In this document: positions 10,621-19,510 of the stretch, one piece after another | Layout: each line of letters starts with the position of its first letter | How positions within the stretch are numbered: position 1 is the first letter of the stretch | Source: an uncultured delta proteobacterium | Lineage (GTDB): Bacteria > Desulfobacterota > WTBG01 > CAIYCZ01 > CAIRTM01 | Direction: 5' to 3' | Length of the DNA stretch: 35,443 nt | Assembly: GCA_963804955.1 (NCBI GenBank) | Contig: CAWDSQ010000029.1 | Span: 1 to 35,443 of the forward strand | The notes under the pieces: model-generated | Databases searched by the model: none | Seen by the model: only the letters and a program-made list of their open reading frames with translations | What the model was told of the DNA's origin: nothing | Made by a program: the position numbers and the translations under genes

Positions 10621-10779
10621 ATGACATTTCAATTTTGTATCTACCCCACCCAGCCTCCCCTGTTTTCCAGGGGAGGAGTGATTGTGATGGCAAACTTATG
10701 CCGGATGCCATTGTTTCTTTGCCCCTCCTGGTCAGGAGGGGTGCGGGGAGGTTGTTGTACTCATAATTTCAAGTGTCAC
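10621..10779. repeat. Imperfect TIR shell enclosing a CCCC..CCTCCCC/GGGGAGG double-hairpin repeat
   Basis: ATGACATTTCAATT ... AATTTCAAGTGTCAC ends; inner hairpins CCTCCCCTG..CAGGGGAGG and CCCCTCCTG..CAGGAGGGG. Confidence 0.55.
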
Positions 10780-11172
10780 AATCTACTGGTAATGTGCAGG
10801 AACCCGCGAAGGGCAGAATATAAAATGAGGCCGGTGGCGTGTCAAGGGTAATATCGAAAGGAATGAGGGGCAGCCGCACTGTATATATCACACAGTGCCT
10901 GCGAAAATTCAAGGCAGCCAGCCCGGGAAGCATCATCAGAAAAAACAACCCGGTGATTGTCGCCCCGCGGGGGTATTTGGCAGGGGTGATTTCAATGAGT
11001 GATTCCGGCGACATGCAGCAGGCTCCTCCCCTTCCAGCGGTACTGCCACAGTACGGTGTTTTACTTCTCCCGCTCTCAATTCCTGGATAAAAAATCGCAA
11101 AATATGCTATATTTTAGTACACGTACAGACCATATGCTTCATGCGAAACGATCAATACAAAAAGGACCTGCA

Positions 11173-13332
11173 ATGTCTCGATCAGGCATAACAATTCTGT
11201 GGTGTGCTGTGCTGGCGGCCCTTTTCTGTTTTGCTGCCGGGTGTAAAAAAATGCATCAGCGCACAACACCCGATCTGGTCAGCTTTACCGCCTGCAGCGA
11301 TCTTGAGCTCAGGCTCAAAGACAATCTCCGGCAGGAGATGCGCGCCAGCCTCCTTTCCTATACTGATGCCATGCTCTACGCCCCTGAAACCGGCGGCATG
11401 CCGCCGGGCGGGCCGCGAAGCGACAGCGCCTTTGATAACGGCAATGGCCCTGCGGAAGGAGTTGACTACTCTGGCACCAACAATCAGGAGCCGGGTGTCG
11501 ATGAAGCCGATTTCACCAAAACCGACGGGCACTCTCTCTTTGTGCTGGACAATAATACTTTCATGATGCTTGCCATTCCGGCATTCGGCAGTATCGACGG
11601 GGGGACTGCAACGCGGATTGAGGGCTCTGCCCTTGAGATGCTTATTCACAAACAATCCCCCGGCGGCAGAGCTGACCGGGCGATTGTTTTTTCATCGCTG
11701 TATCCGTACGCCCTTCCTGCAGCGCATCCCCTGCACCCCTTTATCGAAACGGCGCCGGGGCCCGCGGCAAACGACAGCAGCAGGCTGTATCGCACATCCG
11801 TCCTGACAAAAATCACCGTTCTGGACCTGCAGGGGGCCGATGCTCCGCAGGTGAGCAGGGAGTTTTATGTGGAGGGCGCATACCAGACGGCACGCCTGAT
11901 TGAAAGCTTCGTGCACATGGCCTCCTATGCCTGGATGGATGTGCCGGGACTTGTCTACTGGCCCGACCTGCCGGACATGTATTATTCCATCACCAGCCCA
12001 GCCCTGCGCAGGCTTATCTGGAACCAGGCCGCTGCGAGGGCCATTGCTGAAAATGAAGCGCTCATAAACAGGCTGACGCTTCAAGACCTCGTACCGCGCC
12101 GGTATGAGCTTGCGGGCTCAACGCTGATCGAGCATGACAGTGCGGCAGAGTCCTGCGGCAATTTCAGCATCGCAGAAGACGGGGTCAGCCGAGGCTATAC
12201 CTCCATCCTGAGCCTTGACCTGCTGGCCGAGACCATGCAGCCTGATGATCGGCATATTGTCAGCAACTGGTCAACGGTCTATGCCAGTGACGACACCCTG
12301 CTGCTTGCCGAGCCGTCCAATGCGTCATGGTGGTACACGGCCGACAGTGCGTTTGAAGAAGCAACCAACATTCATAAATATATTCTTGATAACGGAACCT
12401 CTCTCTATGCGGGCAGCGGAAGAGTTGACGGCACTGTCGGCAGCCAGTTCTGCCTTTCCGAGTATGAAGGGGCTGTGCGCGTTGCCGCCACCACGAATGC
12501 ATGGGGCCGCTGGTGGAGCCAGACTCCGGCTGAGCCTGAAAATCATGTCTACGTGCTCACCCCTGCAGACAATGGCAGCCTCAGCATCACCGGCCACCTT
12601 GGCGGTATTGCTCCGGGCGAGAGCATCTGGGCGGCGCGGTTTATCGGCGCGAAAGGATATCTGGTCACCTTCCGCAATACGGACCCCCTGTGGACCATTG
12701 ACCTCAGCAACCCGTCTGAGCCCGCGGTCATCGGCGAAATCCAGGTGCCCGGCGTCTCAACCTATATTCACCCGATTTCTGATGACCGCCTGCTCACTAT
12801 CGGTTATGGCGGTGACGAAAACGGCCTTGACGGATCCATTATGGTGTCACTTTTTGATGTCTCGGATTTCAGCAACCCCCTCATGGTCGATAACCTGACG
12901 CTCTTTGTTAATCAGAGCGATAATGGCAGCTCCACCTGGGGGTACAGCGAGGCTGCCTACGAACACAAGGCCTTCCAGTACTGGGAGCCGGAACAGCTGC
13001 TTGCCGTGCCCCTGAGCGCTTCCACCTCCTCATGGGACGTCTCGGGCAACTGGAGCTACAGCTACATAAGCAAACTTGTGCTCATCAAGGTCGATCCTGC
13101 CGCGGGCTTTACCATCCATGGAACTGTTGACCATTCAAATTATTACAACAGTGACACGGACTGCTACTGGAGCAGCCAGGATATCCGCCGCAGCATATTC
13201 ATGGGAGAGTATATATACGCGCTCAGCGACCGGGCGGTCACCGTCAATCTGACCGACAACATGACCGAAACTGACGCGATTGAACTGCCCGGCACCTGCT
13301 ATGAAGGCATTGTATACCGTGACATTGAATAG
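11173..13332 (+). CDS. Lipoprotein with C-terminal beta-propeller domain (Beta_propel family)
   Basis: AAAGGA RBS; lipobox FAAGC; YSGTNNQEPGVDEADFTKTDG, GESIWAARF, YLVTFRNTDPLWTIDLSNP and IRRSIFMGEYIYALS motifs. Confidence 0.9.
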   Translation: MSRSGITILWCAVLAALFCFAAGCKKMHQRTTPDLVSFTACSDLELRLKDNLRQEMRASLLSYTDAMLYAPETGGMPPGGPRSDSAFDNGNGPAEGVDYSGTNNQEPGVDEADFTKTDGHSLFVLDNNTFMMLAIPAFGSIDGGTATRIEGSALEMLIHKQSPGGRADRAIVFSSLYPYALPAAHPLHPFIETAPGPAANDSSRLYRTSVLTKITVLDLQGADAPQVSREFYVEGAYQTARLIESFVHMASYAWMDVPGLVYWPDLPDMYYSITSPALRRLIWNQAAARAIAENEALINRLTLQDLVPRRYELAGSTLIEHDSAAESCGNFSIAEDGVSRGYTSILSLDLLAETMQPDDRHIVSNWSTVYASDDTLLLAEPSNASWWYTADSAFEEATNIHKYILDNGTSLYAGSGRVDGTVGSQFCLSEYEGAVRVAATTNAWGRWWSQTPAEPENHVYVLTPADNGSLSITGHLGGIAPGESIWAARFIGAKGYLVTFRNTDPLWTIDLSNPSEPAVIGEIQVPGVSTYIHPISDDRLLTIGYGGDENGLDGSIMVSLFDVSDFSNPLMVDNLTLFVNQSDNGSSTWGYSEAAYEHKAFQYWEPEQLLAVPLSASTSSWDVSGNWSYSYISKLVLIKVDPAAGFTIHGTVDHSNYYNSDTDCYWSSQDIRRSIFMGEYIYALSDRAVTVNLTDNMTETDAIELPGTCYEGIVYRDIE

Positions 13333-13404
13333 CCTGCCCCCGGGGGGATTTAATGAGATCGGCAAACCCCTCGGCCAAAGCTTTTCACAGGCTACAAGGG
13401 GGCA

Positions 13405-13430
13405 GCCTAAAGAGCCCCTTCTCTTTAGGC
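13405..13430. terminator. Hairpin between convergent genes (probable terminator)
   Basis: Perfect 10-bp stem GCCTAAAGAG-CCCCTT-CTCTTTAGGC. Confidence 0.55.
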
Positions 13431-13437
13431 CACTGCT

Positions 13438-13593
13438 TTATTTCTGCCCGGCCTTATCGTCTTTAACCTGATGTTCCGCCGCCTGGCGGTTTTGAGGCAT
13501 CAGTCAGGTCTTAAAGCCGAATTTAGGCAGCACATAAGCCTGAAGGATAAACCAGCCTGCTAAAAAGGCAATCAGTATAAGGATTTCTTTCAT
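13438..13593 (-). CDS. Small membrane protein, candidate selenoprotein (51 aa if UGA30 is Sec; otherwise 29 aa, 13504-13593)
   Basis: GGAGG RBS, then MKEILILIAFLAGWFILQAYVLPKFGFKT-UGA-LMPQNRQAAEHQVKDDKAGQK-TAA; SECIS-like hairpin directly after the UGA. Confidence 0.6.
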
Positions 13594-13703
13594 ACCGCCT
13601 CCGCGTTCGTGTGTTTATATCATTTTTTAAAAATACTGTTCGCTACGCTATGACCTGCTGTCCCGCATCAACGGATTAATTCCACGGCCTGCGGCAGAGC
13701 CGC

Positions 13704-14051
13704 TCAGGGATTGTTGCGGTCATCCGGATTGTCAGTTTCCTCGTCCTCGCTGTCCTGCATATTGCCCGTAGCGCCTTGTGTACTGCCTCTCCCCGTGGCG
13801 CCCCTTGGCGCCGTTTTCCCGGTGACGCTTCCCGAACCCATACTCCCCGTAGCCTTCGCTGGGGCCTGTTTCCCCGTAACGCTTCCGGAACCCATGCTCC
13901 CCATGGCGCCTTGTGTGCTCCCGCTGCCCGTAGCGCCTACCGGGGGCTTCCCCACTGTGGCGTCTTGTTTCCCACCGGTCTGCGCAAAGCTCGGGCCGGC
14001 CAGACAGATAATAAATAAGCCCGCAACTGCCAGGTAATATCCGCTCTTCAT
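13704..14051 (-). CDS. Small secreted Gly/Ser/Thr-rich repeat protein
   Basis: AGGAGG RBS; signal peptide ending SFA; GATGxGSTQGA x2 and GSMGSGSVTGK x2; acidic tail. Confidence 0.75.
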   Translation of the reverse strand: MKSGYYLAVAGLFIICLAGPSFAQTGGKQDATVGKPPVGATGSGSTQGAMGSMGSGSVTGKQAPAKATGSMGSGSVTGKTAPRGATGRGSTQGATGNMQDSEDEETDNPDDRNNP

Positions 14052-14486
14052 ATCGTACCTCCTTTGTATGATGGTCAATGAATCAATACACCATACCTTA
14101 TAATATAGAGACCATCGGGAAAGATTGCAATCGATTACGCGCAGGCCGCGCATCGCCATGTGTACCAGGCGGTCTTTGTCGATGGGAATTCATGGCGCAA
14201 CGAGTCCTGCCGGTTGTGGCATAAAAGATAAAATCCCCATTGTATCCTTTTTGAATTGCCTTGCAAACCGGGGCAGGTTCAGCAGATATTCACATATTTC
14301 AACAGTGCCTACTTGAAATCCTGCTGATTACTAGCTATGAGATACCTACTGGTAAGCTTAGTGTATCGGCCTGCAGCAGGGGCAGACAGTATAGAGCTGA
14401 GCTGCCGCGGTAATGATTCATCGCAGGCGGCAATCGGCATGCCTCCATGCCTGTGGGCATAACCACTCTGGATAAGGAGTACGCGC

Positions 14487-14885
14487 ATGAATGGACTAAT
14501 TCGAAACAAAAACAAGCGGGTCGCGGCGCTTGCTCTGACATGTGCCGCACTGTTTTTTGCAGGCGGGTGCGTCACAACTCCCGGCAGCAGCAGCACAGCA
14601 GCAATGAAAATAGCCGAAAGTGAGCGCTCCATTGATGCTGCGCGGCATGACTGTGTTCACAACGAAGCTGATGTGAAAAACGCCGAGCTTAAGCTGAAGC
14701 AGGCCAGGGAGGCTTTGGATGCGCAGGATTATCCTGGTGCAGCCTGGCGGGCTGATGAGGCTACGGCAGATGCGAATTATGCCCGCACAAAGGCTGCACA
14801 AGAGCAGGCCGAGCAGTCTGCAGAACAGCTTCAAAAGTCAAATGAGAGACTGAAAAAAAGTCTCAACGACGCCAAAAGTTATTGA
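14487..14885 (+). CDS. DUF4398-type helical lipoprotein
   Basis: AAGGAG RBS; lipobox FAGGC; AELKLKQAREAL...ADEATADANYARTKA. Confidence 0.8.
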   Translation: MNGLIRNKNKRVAALALTCAALFFAGGCVTTPGSSSTAAMKIAESERSIDAARHDCVHNEADVKNAELKLKQAREALDAQDYPGAAWRADEATADANYARTKAAQEQAEQSAEQLQKSNERLKKSLNDAKSY

Positions 14886-14897
14886 GGGAGGAGCACC

Positions 14898-15362
14898 ATG
14901 ACCGTCAAAATGCATGCCCTGTCCGGATATGGGCTCATACTGGCACTTGCACTCATATTTTCAGGCTGCGCAGCATCCCGGCAGGAAATAATGGCGAGGG
15001 ATCATCTGGCAAACGCCCGGGCAGCCTATAACCAGGCGAAAGCCGATCCCACGGTAGAAGCTAATGCCCCGATGTCGCTCATGGATGCCGGCAAAACTCT
15101 TGAAGCCGCTGAGCAGGCCCGTGATTTTAATGAAATGAACCACCTTGCCTACATGGCTGAAAGAGCAACTCAAATCGCTACTGCCATCGCACGCATACAA
15201 GCAGCCCGGCAGAAAAGCGACAAGCTTCGCCTCGAAAACGATCAGATGCTCCGGCAGCTAGACGCTCGCGCACGATCAGCAGTGGACCCTGAAGCGGACA
15301 GGCGTGAGGACCGTGCAAAGGCGGAAGAGGAGCGCAGGCAAGGCGCACCGCAGCATGACTGA
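14898..15362 (+). CDS. DUF4398-type helical lipoprotein (no OmpA domain)
   Basis: GGAGGAG RBS; lipobox FSGC; ARAAYNQAKADP...HLAYMAERATQIA. Confidence 0.78.
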   Translation: MTVKMHALSGYGLILALALIFSGCAASRQEIMARDHLANARAAYNQAKADPTVEANAPMSLMDAGKTLEAAEQARDFNEMNHLAYMAERATQIATAIARIQAARQKSDKLRLENDQMLRQLDARARSAVDPEADRREDRAKAEEERRQGAPQHD

Positions 15363-15487
15363 GCCATGGCCCATGCGTTGCCATGTGCCGTGACACTACA
15401 CGTGATGTACAACTGTTATTATTCAGCCGGTCTGTCGATTAAAACAGCGGCTGGTGATCCGGATTAACTGGTTACACCTGCTCTCCC

Positions 15488-16024
15488 TTATCTATTGAGC
15501 GTCGGTTGCACAGGCGTTGTTCCGGGGTTAACGGTAAAGAAGTCCTTGAGGAAAACATCCATATCCTCCGTTATTGAGTCTTTTAAGAATTGCTGCGCTC
15601 TGTCTAGCTGTACGGAGAAGATTGAACCCTTATCCCAGGTAATAAAAGTGCTGCACATTGCTTTCCTTGACAGACACGCCTCCTCTTCAACCTGAATTTT
15701 TGTGCTTCCGTACACAAAGCCATCATCGGTAACCTTTATGCTCATACGCAGATAGAGATACGGCATACCGGGAGTGCTTAAGCGTTCTTCCCTGGTTAGC
15801 ACTTTTATCCCGGCCATCCGTAATTTCTGTTCAGCGATGTCCTGAATATCCCTGTTGGTAATATGTATTTTTTTTGCGTCTTCAGACAACGCCCCCACTA
15901 CTACCGCTAATCCCGTTAGCCCTTGAAGAGATTTTACATTTATGCGAGGCTCTTCCGCCCGCGCATACTGAACGAAAGCAAAAAACAGAACGGCTGCCAC
16001 TACTGAAAAAAATTCTGTTCTCAT
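15488..16024 (-). CDS. Secreted hypothetical protein
   Basis: GGAGG RBS; signal peptide ending ARA; clean 178-aa ORF. Confidence 0.75.
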   Translation of the reverse strand: MRTEFFSVVAAVLFFAFVQYARAEEPRINVKSLQGLTGLAVVVGALSEDAKKIHITNRDIQDIAEQKLRMAGIKVLTREERLSTPGMPYLYLRMSIKVTDDGFVYGSTKIQVEEEACLSRKAMCSTFITWDKGSIFSVQLDRAQQFLKDSITEDMDVFLKDFFTVNPGTTPVQPTLNR

Positions 16025-16043
16025 AGCACCTCCACCTTGTATT

Positions 16044-16380
16044 AATCGGGGACAGCCACTTGTTATTTTGCTGTTTTAGCTGGCCGGCCTGCTGACAACA
16101 ACTTCCCGCCTCAGAGCGTCTATGGCCTCAGGGTCATCATTCTTCCGCAGGTATGTACCCCGGCCGACGATCGTATAGGCAGGACGATCATCATCGCTCA
16201 CAAACACATCCAGCCTGCGATTGCCCCGCTGGACAATGCGATGCGGATATCCAGTCGCTGCTATTCCTGCTCTTCGTGGCATAATGATGTGACAATTACT
16301 TCCTTCCGGCCATACTGTCAATATAAAGCAGTGGCTGTCCACGATTAACGAGCAGAAAAAGGGTGCGGCTGTCCCTGATT
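16044..16380 (-). pseudogene. Internally deleted REP-associated tyrosine (Y1/HUH) transposase relic with flanking inverted repeats
   Basis: From ATG 16282: MPRRAGIAATGYPHRIVQRGNRRLDVFVSDDDRPAY, a RAYT N-terminal signature. AATCGGGGACAGCCACT (16044-16060) is inverted at 16330-16346 (16/17) and 16367-16380 (13/14). Confidence 0.75.
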
Positions 16381-16386
16381 TATCAC

Positions 16387-16435
16387 TTGACAAAACAGCA
16401 GAGCGGGTATTAAAAACATACTGAGTAGTTAGTAT
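16387..16435 (+). promoter_or_regulatory. TetR gene promoter (-35 TTGACA) and operator ATACTGA-N4-TTAGTAT
   Basis: TTGACA at 16387; near-palindrome at 16418-16435 repeated at 17092-17109. Confidence 0.65.
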
Positions 16436-16462
16436 TTTATTAAAAGTCTGGAAAGCCCCGGC

Positions 16463-17065
16463 ATGCCGCAATTAAAAAACAAATCGGAAAAGCGCAAGGA
16501 AGAAATACTGGAAGCGGCCCTGAAGTGCTTCAATAAAAAGGGCTATTACAGAACCTCGATTGATGAAATAGCCCATAAAACCGGCCTGACCAAAGGCGCT
16601 GTCTATTATTATTTCAAATCGAAAAAGAAGCTTTTCATCGAGCTGTTTAATTTCAAAATGAATCCGTATTTTGAAAGGTTCGCCAGGCAGGGCGCAGGCG
16701 GAAAAAGTGCCGCTGACCAGATATGGCAGACGATCGTGCAGCAGGCTGACAGGGATTTCGAGAATAATCTGGAAATCCACAAACTGGCGCTCGAGTTTTT
16801 GTATGTCAGCTCCCGGGAAAAAGACGTGCGGCAGGAAGCCTCGCTCTTTTATAAAAAGAAAACTGTTTTTTTCACTACCGCCATAGCGGCAGGCATCAAG
16901 TCCGGTGCTTTCAAAAACCTGAATCCCGAAATGGTCGCCTGGAATCTTAATTTTCTTTCCATAGGCTTCTTTCTGCTGTATTTCGCCACGGACGGCCACT
17001 GTAGCCCGCTCAAGCAGCACGCGATCAATCTTAAAATATTTTTTGAAGGAATAAACCGCTCCTGA
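16463..17065 (+). CDS. TetR/AcrR family transcriptional regulator
   Basis: ILEAALKCF...TSIDEIA...LTKGAVYYYFKSKKKLF helix-turn-helix. Confidence 0.95.
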   Translation: MPQLKNKSEKRKEEILEAALKCFNKKGYYRTSIDEIAHKTGLTKGAVYYYFKSKKKLFIELFNFKMNPYFERFARQGAGGKSAADQIWQTIVQQADRDFENNLEIHKLALEFLYVSSREKDVRQEASLFYKKKTVFFTTAIAAGIKSGAFKNLNPEMVAWNLNFLSIGFFLLYFATDGHCSPLKQHAINLKIFFEGINRS

Positions 17066-17091
17066 ATGAAGGTTTGATTTTCATTTTTTAC

Positions 17092-17109
17092 ATACTGACC
17101 ATTTAGTAT
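17092..17109. promoter_or_regulatory. Second copy of putative TetR operator
   Basis: ATACTGACCATTTAGTAT with identical AC/TTT flanks to the 16418 copy. Confidence 0.65.
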
Positions 17110-17193
17110 TTTTTGTTGCCGTTTTTGTTTTTGACCGGGTACGGCCTGAGCGCAGGCCCATGCCATTACCCGAAACAAGGAGAACTACCGCTT

Positions 17194-18111
17194 ATGGATG
17201 CCGAAAAAAACCGCTTGTCTGAAGATGCGGGCCGCGCTCTCGAAGCGCTTGTATCTTTCTATCCCGAGGTGAGCAGAAATTTTCACAGGCAGCGGATCCT
17301 TCAGGCTGCCGGGATGTTTGCCGGCGCGGCAGCCCCGCCTGAAATCGGCAGGCAGGCCGTTGTGCAGGCTTTCGAGTTTCTGTACCCCGCTTTTGAAACT
17401 TTTGCCCTTGCGGTCAAGGAACCGGCAAGGCTCTCTGCCGTGGTACAGGCGCAGAAAGAGCTCGATACGGCAAAGCCCCTGATTCAGATTTCCCGCTGGG
17501 CCGACAGCCCTGTTCTGGAGTTTCCGGACAAAGCACGGGACGTGTTCGCATTTCTGGCAGGCCCCCGGCCGGGGGGCAATACCGATGCGATTATGGATGC
17601 CGTGCTCGCAGGGGCCCGGGAGCATGGCAGCCGTACGGAAAAGCTCTGCTTTTCGAACATGAACCTTCAAACCTGCACGGGCTGCATGGCCTGCAAAAGC
17701 GGCAGGCTTACAACCTGCTGCAGCATCGGTGACGACATGGAGAGGCTGTACGAACGGTTTCAGGAATGCGATGCCTTTGTGCTGGGCTTTCCGGTTTATT
17801 CCGGCCGCGAGTGCTCGCATCTGACCCTGGTGCTTGACAGGCTGTTTGCCCTGTCTGACCCCTGGGGGCAAAAAAAATGGAAAAAAAGGCGGGGCTTGAT
17901 TGTTGCCACCTGGGGCTGGCCCTCGCCGGATATCTACGCACCGGTTGTGCATAATATTGCTTTTATACTCCGGCATTTCGGCATCCACACCATTGAGATC
18001 GTTACCGGCTGCGGCTTCTGGGACGCTGCCTATGCCAGGGGAACAGCCTCGCTGGATATTGATAAACTTGAACCTGCCCGGGCAGCAGGCAAGGCTCTTG
18101 CCCTGTCCTGA
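17194..18111 (+). CDS. Flavodoxin-fold iron-sulfur flavoprotein / NAD(P)H-dependent FMN reductase family, with N-terminal helical extension
   Basis: AAGGAG RBS before ATG 17194; GPRPGGNT, CTGCMAC...CC and LGFPVY motifs. Confidence 0.85.
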   Translation: MDAEKNRLSEDAGRALEALVSFYPEVSRNFHRQRILQAAGMFAGAAAPPEIGRQAVVQAFEFLYPAFETFALAVKEPARLSAVVQAQKELDTAKPLIQISRWADSPVLEFPDKARDVFAFLAGPRPGGNTDAIMDAVLAGAREHGSRTEKLCFSNMNLQTCTGCMACKSGRLTTCCSIGDDMERLYERFQECDAFVLGFPVYSGRECSHLTLVLDRLFALSDPWGQKKWKKRRGLIVATWGWPSPDIYAPVVHNIAFILRHFGIHTIEIVTGCGFWDAAYARGTASLDIDKLEPARAAGKALALS

Positions 18112-18398
18112 GCACCGGGAGAGGGATGCATAAAGCGCCCCTGTCATTCACATTATTTGGCGACGATACATAGCCAAAGCATTCTCTTTATTGTGCGGCC
18201 GGATATCCCGGCTCGCGTACGGCTCTGTACCTGTTTGCCCCATGCCCGTTGCGCAGAACCCTGCCGGGCGGGGACCATTCGGGCATGAGCCTTGAGGAAG
18301 GCTTTTGTAAAAGAACCCTGTGCGGGCGTTTACGGCACGTAAAATTCTGACGAATGCTTTTAAACCACAAGAACTGTTCATATGAAAGGAGAAACACC

Positions 18399-19169
18399 GT
18401 GAAACACGCAACTGCTTCAGCACTCATTATTTTTCTGGCTGCCATACTCATCTCCCCGGGCGCTTCCGGGGCCGCAGCCGATGCGCAGAAAAAAGACCCG
18501 CCCCAAAAGGCAAAGCAGATCGAGGCCACTGCCGGCATAGCCGACAAGCACCCGGAAATCGAGGCCGGCATGAGCTGCAATGACTGCCATGAGGTCAAGC
18601 TGGACGCAAACACGAGCGCCACGCAGGTCTGGATAAAGGGCGATTACCTGAAATGGAAAGCGGGCGAAGGCGTCATGACCAAAGACCAGGTCTGGGAGCG
18701 CATCATGAACATTTTCAAAACAAAGAACATGAAGGCGACCTTCGTCATGGCCACCTGCCTCAACAACCGTCCCTACACCTATACTGCCGATTTCGCCCTG
18801 GATCCGGCAAAAAAAGTGCTGTATGCTTTTCATGAGAAGGGCACTGAAAAGCTGGCCCATATAAAAAACAACCCCGGTATAAGCATGAACTGGCACCGCG
18901 AATTCGATGACAATTTCGCCAATGTGGCCTGCTTTCAGGTTCTGGGCAAGGCTGAAATCTTTGAGGGCACTACACCCGAGTTCGACGAAGGGCTGAAAGT
19001 CTACCCCTATGAATATGCCGCAAAGGCCCGGAAAATGAATATCGAACAGTGGCGGGATATTGTCAAAAAAAATATGATCATGACCCGCACCACCATCGAC
19101 CGGATCAGATTAACGGAAGGAGCCCTGGCGCCGCTGAACTTCAGGACCACGCAGGAATGGACCCGCTGA
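18399..19169 (+). CDS. Periplasmic protein: CxxCH haem c motif plus pyridoxamine 5'-phosphate oxidase-like split-barrel domain
   Basis: AAAGGAG RBS and GTG start; signal peptide; SCNDCH (18576-18590); VMATCLNNRP...TEKLAHIKNNPGIS...QVLGKAEI. Confidence 0.8.
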   Translation: MKHATASALIIFLAAILISPGASGAAADAQKKDPPQKAKQIEATAGIADKHPEIEAGMSCNDCHEVKLDANTSATQVWIKGDYLKWKAGEGVMTKDQVWERIMNIFKTKNMKATFVMATCLNNRPYTYTADFALDPAKKVLYAFHEKGTEKLAHIKNNPGISMNWHREFDDNFANVACFQVLGKAEIFEGTTPEFDEGLKVYPYEYAAKARKMNIEQWRDIVKKNMIMTRTTIDRIRLTEGALAPLNFRTTQEWTR

Positions 19170-19208
19170 GCCTGCGCTTGTAAAGACGACTCACACCTTC
19201 CTTCAGAA

Positions 19209-19239
19209 AAAAACAGCCGCTTTCTCAGCGGCTGTTTTT
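19209..19239. terminator. Bidirectional intrinsic terminator
   Basis: AAAAACAGCCGCT-TTCTC-AGCGGCTGTTTTT. Confidence 0.8.
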
Positions 19240-19278
19240 GTATGCAGGCAGTGAAAAAAGGGTGGCAGACGTCCCCTT

Positions 19279-19510
19279 CTATCCAACTTCCCTCACATGC
19301 CCGATGGGCTGCTGATTCACACCCTGTTCTTTCCCGGATGCTTTTGCCTGATACAGCGCATCGTCTGCATGCCTGATGATGTTCTGGAGTATATCCCGGG
19401 GCGAGGCTTCGATCTCCTGCCTGACGAGCTTCAGCCAGGTCCGTTTCCGGAAGCATGCAGACACATTCTTCTCCGCCGTACCGCGCAAGGATATCGATTT
19501 TTCGCATGGC
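19279..19510 (-). pseudogene. GGDEF diguanylate cyclase relic
   Basis: RKIDILARYGGEECVCMLPET in one frame and IIRHADDALYQAKASGK in another; middle of the domain missing. Confidence 0.75.

Noticed and set aside
17185..18147. Long antisense ORFs (also 26479-27480, 31540-32316)
   Set aside because: Shadows of well-supported genes on the opposite strand in GC-rich DNA
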